DNA of 64,000 nucleotides from Raillietiella orientalis (lineage: Eukaryota), in contig JAYWIR010000024.1 of NCBI GenBank assembly GCA_036172245.1, positions 868,001-932,000 of the forward strand. Reading direction: 5' to 3'. The notes beneath the pieces are model-generated. The model ran no database searches, was not told the origin of the DNA, and was given only the letters and a program-made list of their open reading frames with translations. Of the stretch, positions 12,351 through 25,299 are shown piece by piece. The position numbers were made by a program, and so were the translations under genes. Position 1 is the first letter of the stretch; every line of letters begins with the position of its first letter.

Positions 12351-13339
12351 CCTGTTCACTTTCAAAAAGTAGTTATCATCTTACCGCCACATAGGTGGCG
12401 TATTAGATGATCACAGATTTATTTTAACTAAAGAGGAATGCAATGAAACATAAAAGCAAGGGCTTCTCCGCAATCTTCGTGTCTTCCTGCTTTGAGAATA
12501 GAGCCACTTGTCGTGGTGAACCCAGAGCGTTTACTCCGTGGGCTGTCCTCTATCTTCCTGGTCACAGGAGTCGTCTATATTCACTGATCGTCTATCTTCC
12601 ACTTTCTATCTTCCTGGCTGGTTCATTGGGTTGGATAATGCCGTCTTATTGTTCTTGCTCTTGCAAGACATCCGCGTTATCTAGATGATGTCCCAGAAGG
12701 TGGGTCCAGTAGATGCCAGTGTATCGGACATATGATGCAACCATGAGCTGTCTCACCTTATCCGCACACCTACGTGAGACCGCTGATTCTCGAAAGGCTG
12801 CACCATTTCTTGGGTTTCAAGTCCCAAAAGGATCAAATCTCGTCATCTCGTCATCCGTTCCTCTCCTGCTCACGGTTTCCACAAAATCTTGAGGAGGATC
12901 TCTCATCGATCTTCACTTCACACGTCTTTGGTGGGATCCGGTTGTCGGCAGCATCCCTGCATCCCCTTTTTGAAGCTCGCCGCACTTATCTGCAAAGTGG
13001 GTGCCGGCGATCCAACTTGAAGATACCGTTCGCTTCGTACGCCACGGGAGCACAGCGAACGGAGGCCCCTCTGTCCAGTGTCCTAGGCCGAACGTTATCC
13101 GATGCCCTGTAAGGCAGATGGCTCCCTCGAGTGAGACGTTCAGAGGCGTTCTTCCACCAGAGCTACAGCAAATTGACCAATAGGAACGTTGCTAGTCAAG
13201 AGTTCTGAACAATTTTTAGAATGGTAAGAATCTCTACTGATTTAGATAAAACTTCTCACCTAAAGTAAAGATGGATGGAAACAGGCAGTTCCTGATGAGA
13301 GGGCAAGTCCAGCCAACGGAACCAATCCTGGTGCGGCAG

Positions 13340-14870
13340 CTGTGTGAGGCGCATTCTTGAAATCCTTCCGAAGTTTAGAAGCGCGTCAACTTGTGTGAGC
13401 TGGAGAGTGATCCCGCTCCCGTTAGAAACTTCCCAAACGCCTGGTATCGGTGACCTTCTCTACGAGCCGGATTTTGCTTACCGAAAGAGAATTCTCCATC
13501 TCTTCATTCAATTGGTAGAGCTACAGACCAGCGTCCTTTCGGGTGTCTCCTTCCCAATAGTGGCAGCTTGTGGGCTGGCCGCTCCAGACACCATGTACTT
13601 ACCCTGGAACGGGTATTTCCACTCAAAGTGGAACAGAAGACATCCCTTGCTCTCTTTCCATGTCAGCGTGTAGCATGGGATTTTCCACCACTCTTCCTCT
13701 GCGCCCCTATTCTCTCCGTCCACGATGCTTCCCAGTATTTGTCATGGCTCCTCTTCTCAAAGACCCCAGTAGTTATCGACTCATCCAGCATGAAAAGTGT
13801 TTATCGCTAAGCCTTTCTCCAGACAGATGAAGCAGAGACGCCGGAGACATCAGTCACATAAATTCCTCGAAACAATGGCGATGATGGCATGCAATGACAG
13901 TTCTTCTGCAAAGGTCTCATGGCTGCCCTTCTCGCAGCAGTGAGAGCTTTGCAAAACGCATTGACGCGTTCTTGCTGTTTTGTAGAGAGAAGGGAAGGGG
14001 GAGCATTAGCAAGGAAACGAACAGGACGGTGGATAATAGAAAAAATGCCAAGGCATTCATGATAATCAACACATCTTGTCACGATCACCGAAGGCGATGA
14101 TATTTGCATCACTATCACAGTCCCCAATCTTAGCAGGTGTTGATAGGGTCGTCGCATCAAGACACCGACAGCGAGAGGGAGATCTGGTTTGATGCAGGAG
14201 ATCTTCTCAATTAGAATCAGTCAAACGAAAGGGAATAAGTGAGAATTAAAGTGAATGAATGAATTTCGATGAGGAAATTGACTTCTTTCCAGAACGTTCC
14301 GCAACCAGAGCAATAGCAACCAGGAGTGAACAGCGGAGGGTCCAATAGGAACGTTGCTGGTAAAGAGTTCTGGATGTATCTTAAAATCCTTTCGTAGGAG
14401 AAAAAAAAAATGAGAAGAAAGAAAGTATTGGGACGATTCCCAACAGGAAGGTGAACTTAAAAGCCATCTTATTCAACCAGGAGGTCAAGGATGAACTCCT
14501 CAGCTGAGCCCTGTATGTTGTACCTCTTGTTTTCTTCCCAGCTGCATATGCATTTCATAGGTTTCCGTTTCCAGTCCAAGCCGATGACCGTATTTGAGTA
14601 GCTTCATGAAATCTCCCCGCTTCAGTAGGCGTTCTCGACAACTTCTCCATGGAACTAAATTGGTCGATGGAGATCTTCATTTCCATGGTCTTCCGGACCC
14701 CCTTGTAGGGCCTCTCATTCCAAGCCCTCCTACCGCTTGCTGGCTGCCGATGGCTCCCTCTCAACCATCGTGAGGAAGAGTAAGAAACTTTCGAGGAATG
14801 GAACTCCGCTTATGGGACTTCGGTTCCCGGAGGTGACCTCCCTGCTCACACCGTTTCATCCGCCCTACTT
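13340..14870 (-). mobile_element. Decayed LINE 5' region and ORF1 remnant
   Basis: Minus reading VEIPVPG.VHGVWSGQPTSCHY resembles the Tx1/L1 ORF1 'IP....V.Y.GQP..C' pre-knuckle motif. The head motif CCGGGAACCGAAGT lies on the minus strand at 14817-14830. Confidence 0.45.
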
Positions 14871-14949
14871 CCTGGTTCTGTTGCTAGGAAGTCGAAAGCT
14901 TTTCCCATCGGTCAGATGCCTTTTGTCTCGACTCGGAATCTCGGAAGAG

Positions 14950-17038
14950 GGAGACTGGTTCGGATGCGCTGCGGTCCGCAGCGGTGTCCGTCTCTCTATG
15001 GGAGTCCTCGCCAAGGCTGGTCGCGCAGTCTCCGTTGCGGACGGACTCCCGCAGCTCAAGAAAAGTGCTGCCTTCCATCAGTTCCCCTCTTCACCTCTTA
15101 TCTACGTCTCCCGCTCAACGAGAGCAGGGGCTTCTTCACGAGCTGACTCGATTCACGGGGTAAGGGAGGGTCCTCGCTACGATCCTGGAGCAGAAAGAGC
15201 CTCTATGCTCTCTCCCGCACCCTCCTCGGCACGAGCGGCCACGACCACCTGCCGAACGTTGCCGCCAGCGGACCCGCTCGACTGGGGCCAGTCACGCGCC
15301 TCGCAGCAAGGTCGGCCGGCACACGCGCTCTTCACCACCGCCTTTTCGGGCGCCGCAGCTCCCTTTCCCTTTCGAAAGAGACTCTTCGTGCCCGTCCTGC
15401 ACCTCCGCTTTGCCATCCGCCCGGACCTGAACCCTCGCCTGACGACCCAAGGAGAGGTGCTGGGAGTAGGCGCATTTTCCTCTCTGTGATCGTGGTGGCT
15501 GGATGGACGAGAAGGCCGCGGCAGGGAGCGGGAACGGTGGGCACGAGCGACACAACGCCGTGACACTGAGGAGAGGTCCCGTGACACAGAGACTGCACAC
15601 ACCACCAGCCACCAGCTTCACCCTTCCACGTACAACTGCGACGGGACTCCTTCGGTGGTGAGAACAGTTGAGTGTTGCTCCCGAAGAACTTGTGGTTCCA
15701 ACAAACTGCGTGAACGCATCAGTGTTCCCGCTTAGTTGGAGACAGGACGTGCTGCTCTTCCTGTACTGGGGATTCCATTGCAACGAGAGGTGGCACCGAT
15801 TTTCCTCAGAGGTTGTTCCCTCTAACTGTGCAGGGTGCGGGTCGACGGAGTCAATCCCGCCTCACCTGCTTCTAGACTGCGGTGCGCTCCAAGAACTGTG
15901 GAACTCCTGCACCAGGAGCACACCGCTCGAGATGTGCTGCCACGGTTCTTCGCATCGTGAGGACTCTCGACTGGGGTGGTGATATGACGTGTGCAGTCGC
16001 ACGTCGTCGCGACCACACCGCGCACGCAGGACAGCGCTGTGATTGCGGCTTCGGACGTCATGGCGTCCCGCAAGAGGAGGGGCCTCAAAGAGTCTCTGAG
16101 ATCGTCCACGGGGTGCGGAAGGGACGTGGAGAAACGTTCCCACAGTTCCCAGAGGGCGACATACTGCACTATGAGGTGGGGGAAAGTCTCCTTCTCTCCC
16201 CACCTGGCACAGTTAGGCGATGCGCTTCCCCTCGTCCAGTGGCGCCGTCGCGGATTGCACAGGAGATCTCAGTGCAGTATCAGCAGGGCCGATTGCTGCC
16301 ACTTGAGGGGAAGCAGCTTACTGTCCCTAAACACAAAGGGCACTTCCAACTCTTCGGGCTGAATGGAGAAGAGTTCGCCCCAACGTTCCAATCCTTTGGA
16401 GCGGTTCTTGGTGTTGTTGAGTCAGACAGCTGACGCGTTGTCCAGCCACCGATGGGCTTTCTGCGGGCCGAGATCTCTCAGGAACCTTCCCACTTCTCCG
16501 GTAGGCAGGTGACTGGCGCGGTGATTGCAACCAAGGGTTGTATCCGCGTCATCGTCGTGGCACGACATGTGCTGGAGAGCAACATGCAGCGAAGGGAGGC
16601 AGCCGTTTCCATCAGGGCGTCTGCAAGGTGGCCTCACCTGGAAGAAGAGACTCAGGCAGAGATCACTGGCATACAGCGCCGGTTGGTGGACCCTTAGGAA
16701 CGGCCGATTCCGGTGACCCTAATCTCTTGCCCCTCTTTATTTATTTATTTTCGTTCCGTATACCTTTTCACTCCGCGATTTTTCCGGTGTTTTTTTTGTT
16801 TTCATCTCGGTGCGGGTGAAGCGAATCCAAAGATCCTTGCTCCATCCCACCTAATTTAATTTATTTGTGTTGTTCCCTTGTCCCTTCCCCGTTCTGAATT
16901 GTCCATTATCCCAACGTGCGTGCGGGTGGACCCTCCCCCTTTTTTTTTTTGCTGTCGTCGGTTGGGAACCAGCGCGTACCCAACTGGTTTATTTTTTTTT
17001 TTTATAAAATGAACATCCCGGCGTCACTAGGTAACAAA
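14950..17038 (+). mobile_element. L1/Tx1-like LINE 3' part (host copy A), interrupted at ~15993-16510
   Basis: LLFLYWGFHCNERWHRF...CAGCGSTESIPPHLLLDCGALQELW (zinc finger). Reading resumes at 16512 as TGAVIATKGCIRV...ARWPHLEEE...VDP*, then a T-rich 3' UTR and terminal AATGAACATCCCGGCGTCACTAGG. Confidence 0.8.
15993..16510 (-). mobile_element. Antisense LINE ORF2 C-terminal fragment nested in host copy A
   Basis: Minus frame reads LLPLKWQQSALLILH*DLLCNPRRRHW...PNCARWGEKETFPHLIVQYVALWELW. It is homologous to 57455-57972 (23 mismatches in 300 nt by manual count over 16081-16380). Confidence 0.85.
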
Positions 17039-17970
17039 CTTCGCCCTTCCCTCTCTCCTACACGTTGCCCGCGTTTGAAAGATTCGGGATTTCCTTGCTT
17101 TTGATCCCTCTGCTGCTGTTCTGTTGCGGTACCTCTGGGAAAGTGAATGAAAGGGTGAAAGCTCCACGAAGAGGCCTCTCCCCTCCTACTCTTGAGTGCT
17201 TCTGAGACCCTCAAAAAGCCCCCAGGAGCGACTCTTCAGCCGGTTACATGCGCCTTCCGGTGAGTTTTTCCGGGACGCTCCCATACACCATACGACACCG
17301 GCGTATCCTGTCATGCAGGTTTCACCCAACCACCGCCGTCACCACCTCCTCCGGGGCTCCTAGGTTCCCCTGAATTTCTTCGATTTTTGATTCTTGATTT
17401 CCGGTGGAGGCTAAGACTCCCAAGAGGCTGTTGGATGGAGCTGCCGCCCCAAGCTTGCGGGAGCTTCTCCCAAACCGCGCCAACGACAGAGATGGTCCAC
17501 GCCGGCTTCGAGAGATCAGGCGGAAGCTCCCACTAATGGCGGAGACCTGGGAACGGGCAGCGCATGCAGTCTCTGATGGGCACGACCACTGTCGCGCACC
17601 GCCTCCCTCGAGCACTGACCACGGGCAGCCTTGAAGAACCCACCACGAAGCTGGTTGGCATCACTTGGGGTCCATTTTATCTGGGGAAGCAACCACATGG
17701 TGAGAATTTGCCTACTTTCCGTAGCCCAGTTTGCTGGGGCTCCGCTGCAAGGGGACTCCGTGCGGAGCAGGAACTCCATGACAAGAAAGCGGGAGGAGGC
17801 TGGATTAGCGCCGGAAACCGCATTCGCGTGGCTAAGTGTGACTCCGCATACTCGTTGAAGGAGGTGTCGCGTCCGCGCGTGCACTTCCTCGTCCGATCTC
17901 GCTGTCGTTTCCTCCTTGCCGGGAGGAGGACGCCTCACTTCGAACGAACATCTCTAAGCAGAGAAAAATA

Positions 17971-18235
17971 GACAAGTGGACAGCTACTAAACGAATGTTA
18001 GCAGCATCTGGAGGACAAGTAGATGGAGAAACAGATGGATCAGAGTATCAGTGGATAGAAAGAATAAGTGGATCAAAGTACAAGTGGATGGGAGGAGGAG
18101 GTGGATTAGAGTATCAGTGGGTGAGGAAAACAACTAGATAAGAGCACAAGCGGATGGAGAGTTCAACTGGATGGGGAGAACAAGTGGGTAAGAGTACAAG
18201 TGTATGGAGAGAACAAGTGAGGAGTACAAGTGGAC
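17971..18235 (+). repeat. Degenerate purine-rich minisatellite, ~16-17 bp unit ACAAGTGGAT(G/C/A)(G)AGAG(T/A)
   Basis: Recurrent ACAAGTGGA / ATCAGTGG / GAGTACAAGTG / GAGAACAAGTG motifs at ~16-17 bp spacing. Confidence 0.85.
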
Positions 18236-18704
18236 TCAACGGCAGAACGCGCTAATCATTTGAGGTCGCGAGCCCTTCCGCCCCAAGACAGACCGCGAGC
18301 AGAGGAGCAGCTCTCGTCCAGTCCTGGGCGCTGGATCCGGAACAGGCACGTTCTGGTTTTTCTCCATGCCGGCTGACCTGTGAAGTAGGAGAGGGGAAAG
18401 ACTCGGGTGGGGGCAACGGCAATTGGCCTACCAGGAACGAGTCCGGGAGTCTCTTTGGGGTGGGCAGAGGACCCATCGTGGGCGCGTAGTGGGCGTTCTG
18501 CCTTCTTCCCGTTCGGAGTCTTCCGAGGTTCCAGACGAGGCAACACCACGGCTGGGCGCAGACATGGTCGTAAGTGCTAGCTTGCCTCCGGCGACGGCAG
18601 CAGCCATCCAGTCCGAGGCGGAGTTCCCGGGAATGCCGTTTCGGTGCCTCGGGGCGTGGTCGCGCCGAATCCTGCGAGACCTCGAGTGATGTAGGCCATC
18701 TCCT

Positions 18705-18710
18705 CCGCCG

Positions 18711-18744
<34 letters not shown>
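18705..18744 (+). repeat. (CCG)n trinucleotide microsatellite
   Basis: About 13 CCG units with one TCG interruption. Confidence 0.95.
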
Positions 18745-19549
18745 TCCGTTCGCGAGGTCAGTTCGAGCCGCGCGCAGGTCGGAAGCAGAGCGTGCTGCCT
18801 CCTTGGTCCAGCACACGCCGCATCGTAGCGCCTCCTTCTCGCTTGCCCTTCCGTCCTTCCCCACTGCCATCGCTAGGCACCACGGGTTTCTTAATTCTTT
18901 TTTTTTCCTTTCCCTCTTCCCTGCTTTCGCCGACAACCCGGAAATCAGAGCTCATGCGCGTGCGCCGCGGGTCGACTGGCTTGCCTGAGGGTCGGCAGCT
19001 GAGGCGCACGTATGAATCCTGGGGAAAGGGACGTTTGGGTTGAGTGCCGGAAAGGGTCAGGGACGGGAGGATGTGGAAGCCCGGAGATGCGTGGAGCCAT
19101 CCTTTCTAGAGGAGACCCTTGCTGAGATCGCAGGGAGGGGAAGGAGAAGAGAAAAGGCACGAGTCACGAGACTGCAGGCGGATCGAAGTCTGCGAGGGAG
19201 CATCAGACGGAAGTCCGAGAGGCGCTCGGACCGAGACCTTGGGATGGGGGGAGAGGGCAGGGCAAAGAGAACCGAGGAGTGCTGAGTGGAGATGTCCCTG
19301 AGGAGGACGGAAAAGGAACGGGAGGACACGGATGGGGCAGAGAAGCCTCGGGCAAAGAGAGAAGGAAGGTCGGTACCGGCCGAGGCTCGCCATATCCAGG
19401 AGGATGAGAAAAAGAGCGAAGCCCTTGAGACGAAGCGGTCACGCGGGAGGATCGAGACGAGAAAAGATGGGGTGAAGACAAGAGAAGGGTGAAAGCTTTG
19501 AACGTCGAACGTGAGGTTTTGGTTGTCTTCGGGGTGACGACTCTCGTCC

Positions 19550-19900
19550 TCGGCTGTCCTCATCAATCTCCGGGAGATCATCCCTCCCCCCTCGCCCATC
19601 GAACACGACGCCCAGGGTTGCCAAGACCTTCCAGATCTGCGCGCTCCATCTCGTCCTACCCGTTCTCCTCCGGGAACGAGATACCGCGCCGGCGGGCCTC
19701 GAACACGTTCCCTGAGGTGCCTCAGGTTCGTGCCCAGATGCCAGCAGTCCGTGTTCGCTGACGTTACTCGAACCCTCAGGGACTCCTTTCCGAAGGAGCA
19801 GGGGATCGCTACACGAGTCCTCTGCACGAGTCCTCGGAGCGGTGGCAGATTCTGGAAAGAAGCAGCGGCCGGCAGCCTGCTTTGCTGGGACCCCGGTGAC
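19550..19900 (+). mobile_element. LINE ORF2 post-RT fragment
   Basis: SSYPFSSG (family PFSL motif) and TRVLCTSPRSGG (cf. LC.P...GGL). Confidence 0.35.
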
Positions 19901-22629
19901 ATTCTCCCTCCCGTCTCCCGTCCTCGTCCTCAGACCCTATGTCCCGCCCCGCTGCCATGGGAGCGAGGAGAAATGGGAAGAGGAGCCGCAGAGGAAGGAC
20001 GTGCTCTCTGTCTTGCCTTTCTTCAGAAGGGTGCCGGTTCTCTCCCCCCTGGTAGCTCGCATCTGGTGTTCCTGGTCGGGAAGTGAGAGACGCCACTGGG
20101 ATCCGAGAAGGAGGAAAGAACGGAAGGAGGGAGGGGAGGGCAGCTCGTGCGTTCTCGCGAGGGTTCGGCTGCCCCTCCTGGGAGCTCGTCCGTCGCGCAG
20201 CCGGTTGGCCGAGAGAGGCGGTCGCGATCGAGGTCAGGCGGTCGGCCCCGCTCGTCGCTGCCTTCCTGCGCATCTCCAGACCGACAGGATCCTCGGAAGA
20301 TGCGACGCGCGGAAGGTGACGTCTCCCGGGAGGCGGCGGAGGTGACACACGCGCGTGGGAATGTGGGTCGACGCCCTGCGCCAGCGCGCGCTTTCCGCGG
20401 GTCGAGGGAGGCGAGCCGCGGAGCATCACGGGAGGAGCGCACGCCCCATGTCTCTCCAGGAACAGAATTCCCGCTCCGGCGCCACCTTGGGGGAAGGAGC
20501 GAAGTGCAGCGGGGGAGAAGAGCCCAGTGCGGCCTCTCCCCTAGTCTTCCCCGTCGGGCGGAGAAGGAGAAGGTAAGTGGTGGTGAGAGGGTGGCGTGCA
20601 GACCGCGCAGCATAGGATGACCAGCCAGCCCGAGAAACGAGCGGTGGAGGCCCTTCCTCCTTCCGGTCTGCTGGCCCACCGAAAGCAAGGCGCTGCTTCT
20701 CGCCCTCTTCGTCTTCCGGGAGGAGCAGCAGCAGCGTGCGGTGTCGCGGGAAAGGGAGGCCTGCAGTCAGGAGCGGCCGCTGCTGTGATATCACTTCCTC
20801 CTCCCTTTTGACCGACCATCGTCCGCCGGCTCTTCGCGGAAGCGGAAGAAATGCCTGCGTCATGCGTGTGCACATCGCGGATGCAGGCGTCACTGGCGGC
20901 AAGGATACTCACGTGAGCACTGGCTCGCGCGACTCACCTACACACCGGACATGCGAGCAGGGCACACCCACCGCACTCAGAGACACACCGGACGTGTGAG
21001 CGGGCACGCCCAGAATCTGTGCTCTCCCTTGTCCAGCCGTCACCTCCTTCGGGAAACGTGACCTCGGCCCGCAACTGCAATGGGGCCTGCCGAATGCCCC
21101 TCTGCATTTGCGGCGGGACAGCTCTCCACCCGTCGCTCCTGTCTCCCGCGACCTTTCTTTGTTCTCCGGAGACACGGATCCTTGTGGTCCACGTGCCCCC
21201 TCGCACGTGCTCAGCGATCCGGTTCATCGGCGCCGTTGTTCCTGCCATCCGAGGCATGGGAAGGGAGGAGGTCGCCGCGAGGACAGCGCCGCGAGATTAC
21301 TCCTCCTCCTTCGGGAGCGTCTCCGGGTACCGGCTCCAAACATTCGTCCGGAGAGGGAGGAGAGAGACGGACGCCAGAGATACGAGTCCAGGAGAGACTT
21401 CTGCTCCCATCACCTTTGTCTTCTCCAGGTACCGAAGCCTTCACCTAGAAGGAGGCAACTCGTGCCCGTTGCCGCAAAGCTTCCAAGGATGAGGTCCGTT
21501 CTCGAGTCCCGGCATTTCGGAGACACCCCTCTGCTCGGCCCGGGGCTCGTACGCCGCCCACGGAAGTGTGGCCCGTCTGGTCAGCGGATGCCCCAATCCC
21601 CTCTTTCAGTCGCGGTGGACGGCCATGCTGACTCCCACGCAAGCCGGGACGCAGATCACAGACGAAGTGCGCACGGGGAGCGCGCGACACCTGCCCGTTG
21701 TGCGGCACGCGTCGCACGCGCCTGCATGCCCCGCGTAGTTGCCGGGGATCGGCTTCTCGGCTCGCCGCGAGCGAGCGTCCGTCTCTCTCTTCGGCTGCTG
21801 GCCTCGTGCCTCCGAGGCCAAGCGCTCCCTCTAGAACGAGTGCCGTCAGCTCCGGGAGGAAAGAAAGAGAACACCAGGAAAGATCGAGGTGTTTCCGTAA
21901 GGTGGAAAAAGGGAAGTTTCGGAGGACCACGCGGGGCAAAGTGGGATGGTCCCATCCCCTTGATAAGAGGGTGAGATGAAGAAAAGCAAGAAGTTTGTGG
22001 ACGCCGTCAGTCCGACGATGGAGCTCGAGTTCTCCAGAGGGCGAGTTCTTTTGCTTCCTTTGCTCCTGGAAAGGAAGGAAAAATCCGAAAAATCCTAGAT
22101 CTCGGCGGTGGCTGGGCGTCTGCAACGCTCTCGAGATTTTCGTCCCTGCCGCGTGAGGGCGACGTGTTCTCTTCCCACCCGTGGATTCCTTCTGCTCTGG
22201 ACAGCCTTGAGCCCCAAGGATCCAGGCTCCAGAAACTAGGAGAGATTCCTGAGGTCTGCTGGCAACTCAGGAGGCTTTCCAATATGACCACTAGGGAAGC
22301 GATCAGGAGCTGAAGAAAAATGTCAAACATCCCCCCCTTCCCTTCTTCCCGATTCCTTTGTCGAGGGTTCCAAAGGAAGGGAGCAGGAAAACGGAAGAGC
22401 TCGGGATTTTTCCTCGATGTCTTGTCTTCCCTCCTTCCTCTCTCCTCTGTCATCCCTTCGAGAGGAAGGGCGCAAACTCTGTGTCATCCTCCCTTTTCTT
22501 TCAGCTAGCAAGCGCGAAAGTAAACCGGCGTTTTCCGGCTGCTGGAGCTGCATCCGTGTCGCACCACATCCTTCCTCTGCAGAGAGCGTTTGGGGCAAAC
22601 ACGGGCAACGGGCCCCTGTAGAAGGAAAA

Positions 22630-22677
22630 CGCGCGCGCACGCGCGCACACACACACACACACACATACACACACACA
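22630..22677 (+). repeat. Alternating purine-pyrimidine (CG)/(CA)n microsatellite
   Basis: CGCGCGCGCACGCGCGCACACA...CATACACACACACA. Confidence 0.95.
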
Positions 22678-25299
22678 AAGAGCTCTCGCGCTAGTCGTCC
22701 TCTCAGACCCACATTTCCGTGGAAACGGTTCACGACTCCTTCGCGTGACCGCATTTGGAATGTTTACTGCAAAAGACACTGTTTTGCCGTCGGGTGCCCC
22801 GGTATCTGTGTTTTGGCGTCCGAGAACAAAGATGGGAAATGGAGAGGGAGGAGGAGGAGGAATTCCAACATTCCTTTTCTTCTTCTTCTTCTTCTACTTC
22901 CTTTCATTTTCTCGAGATTCGTTTCGCGAAAGAGGGAACCCACGGGACCCTCGATCACGTGCATTTTGTTTACGCAACGAGTTTGAAGTGCGGCGGCGGC
23001 CGTGGACTCCGAAGGAAGAATGCATCTGCGACATTGAGCGCGTGCGCGAGCTCGTGCCCGAAGATGAGCTGGAACCCGGGGGTGTCACTGCTAGCTGTAG
23101 GCCACCGCTCCAAGAACACGAAGAGCGAGAGGGGAGATGGCTGTGGGGAGGGATAGGGGGTACGAGAGGAAATCCGGAAATCCTGCATCTTCCAGTGAGA
23201 CGACAAGTACAGAGATCATGTCATCACCTATACATGGGAACAACGAAGGAACATCTTAAGCGAAGAAAGTGGATACAACGGCATGAAGACCACGAAGGTT
23301 CTGGAAAGAAGGACAGAGATAGAGAGGGAGATGCTCCCTTGTCCAAGAGGTCGATGAACTTGAAGATCCATCCATCTGATTTGAAACTGGGATCATCTCG
23401 TGGGAAAAGGACACGAACGGTGAATTAAGAGACTCTGTTTAGGTAGCCAACGCCTGCAAGCGACCTACCGCCCTTCTGAGCTCCAAAAGGAAGCAGGATC
23501 GAAGTTTTTTTCACCCCACGTTTTTCCCCCTCTTCCTGGATCCTATTCTGGTTTCCTTTCATTCTTCCGATCGCCTGCAATTCGCCGGTTTGGAGCTCCG
23601 TCGGGACGGCTAGTAGAGGTAGTCCGGTCTAACAACTTTCAGTCCGGTCCAATTTCCAGCTCGCAGCTCCAGCTGAGCCGAAAGAAATGACGCACGGTTG
23701 TCCTCCGAAGCCACGGACCGGAGAAGTGAGTGGCGATTTAGGCAGGGGTGGCATAACTACCTCCATCCGTCCCGATGCCGATGGCTCCTTTCCTTCTTGA
23801 GGAAGCATGTAATCTTTGTCGATAAGGATGACCGGCCATCTCCGAACCTGAAGTGAGACCACTTCTTTTCCTTCCCCGTTCTTTTCGACTGGCAGCTCCT
23901 TCCCTCCCTTTTCCCCGGTGCCATGCGATCCCATCGCTCGGACCGGCCGGCCGTCGAAGGAAAGCGTCCTGCCGGGAGGTAAGGGTGCGCTTCCACGCAT
24001 TTTCCTCTGATCTCCTATGGATTTCAAGATGGCGACCTCCACGACCCTGCGCGCCGCCGCGTTGGTGAGCTCCGTCGCGCACTATCTAGCTTCCGGGTGC
24101 TCTCGGAGTCCCGTCAGGAGGAAACACACACAAAAAAAAGGAGAAAATGCTGACGATGCTTCCGGGAAGCTCGCGAACTCATTCCTCTGATTGTGAAGGG
24201 TGACGATTCTGGCTCCCTCTCCGCCTCACTCAGTCGACCACTCCTCCCGCATTCTTTGCTCTTCTTCCCCCTGGTTCCGTGTTTTGAGATGCGAGGACCA
24301 GGAGACAGTTTTGGAGCTTTGCTCTTCGAACGGACCTCTCATCTCTTCCTGCTCGACCCGCGCGATAGTGGGCGTGTCCTCCATTTTCCTCGTGGCTGTC
24401 GGCCTACATAGTACGGCTTGCATACTTACTTTCCGAGGAGGATCCAGCCACGGTGCCCTCCGGAAGGTACGTTGATGGAAGGAAGTGATGCCCCGGTCCG
24501 GAGTGATTCAAGCCTCAACGCTTCCGGATATCCAGGAAAGCGGGACTCAGCCGTCGTCCTCCAGACAGAACGCCTTCCGTTTGCAGAGAACTTTAAGAGG
24601 GAGAGACGAATGAGAAAACGCGAGTCCAAGGGTGCAGGCAAATTCGAATGGCGGAGGCCTTCCTCGAGGAACGGGCAGCTCTCATTCGAAGGGAAAGTCC
24701 TTCGAATGCGACCTGAGGTGCAGCAGCGGAAAGGAGCTCCACATTCCCCCACCCCTTCAGAGAACTTTTGCGCGCTTCCCCCACGGAGATCCCCCGTAGA
24801 GAAGCTACAGATGGGAGCAGCTTCGGTTCGCGTTGCCTATGCGAATGAAGAGAGGTATTTCCGCTGTTCTTCCCTCCACGTCTCCATGCTCGAACGCCGT
24901 CTCGCCTTAAAGATCAATTGTTTTCGGTCCAATTTTTCTTTTATTTCCTTTCCTTTTCTTTCTTTTCTTCTTGTGGACTTGTCGAGAGCAAACTGCGTAA
25001 CCAAGCCACTGCTGGAACAGTGATTTCAACAGTATTGGATGGACGGGAAAAAGAGGGAGAGAAAAGAACGTCGGCACGGGGTTCTTTCTCGGGCCCCGAA
25101 TTCGAGATCTCCGGGAGCAAATTCACCGACCCATCTTGCCTGGTCGCTGAGGGACTCCAATCGGATGGAAAAAAACTTCGGTCGCCCGAAAGATTGTTAG
25201 GGGAGTTCGAATGATGAGATTCACTGCGCGTCTTGCAGGACTGCTACGTGTCTGGATCTGCTCTCTGCGCCTTGTGGACCTCGGAAAGTTTCATCTGAG

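Larger units (their letters stand above)
17320..18900 (-). mobile_element. Decayed LINE ORF2 remnant split by a minisatellite
   Basis: Minus readings GLVPGRPI (cf. GFVPGRSI, RT domain 2) and RQILTMWLLPQIKW (post-RT, similar to LWVYLLPNLL at ~52130). Confidence 0.4.

Noticed and set aside
17971..18235. CRISPR-like array
   Set aside because: Units are short, degenerate and contiguous with no unique spacers; the context is eukaryotic and no cas genes are present.
18577..18936. Minus-strand ORF with poly-Ala as a host regulatory-gene exon
   Set aside because: The poly-Ala comes from a (CCG)n microsatellite, there is no recognisable domain, and neighbouring minus frames carry RT-like motifs.
19057..22125. 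Long overlapping ORFs (200-290 aa) in the GC-rich region
   Set aside because: These are Arg/Pro/Ser/Gly-rich overlapping frames on both strands, as expected from stop-codon scarcity at high GC, and no domains were recognised.
22970..23206. HExxH motif (GHELAHAL) suggesting a metalloprotease exon
   Set aside because: It is an isolated motif followed soon by a stop, with no third ligand or supporting exons; the opposite strand reads equally protein-like.
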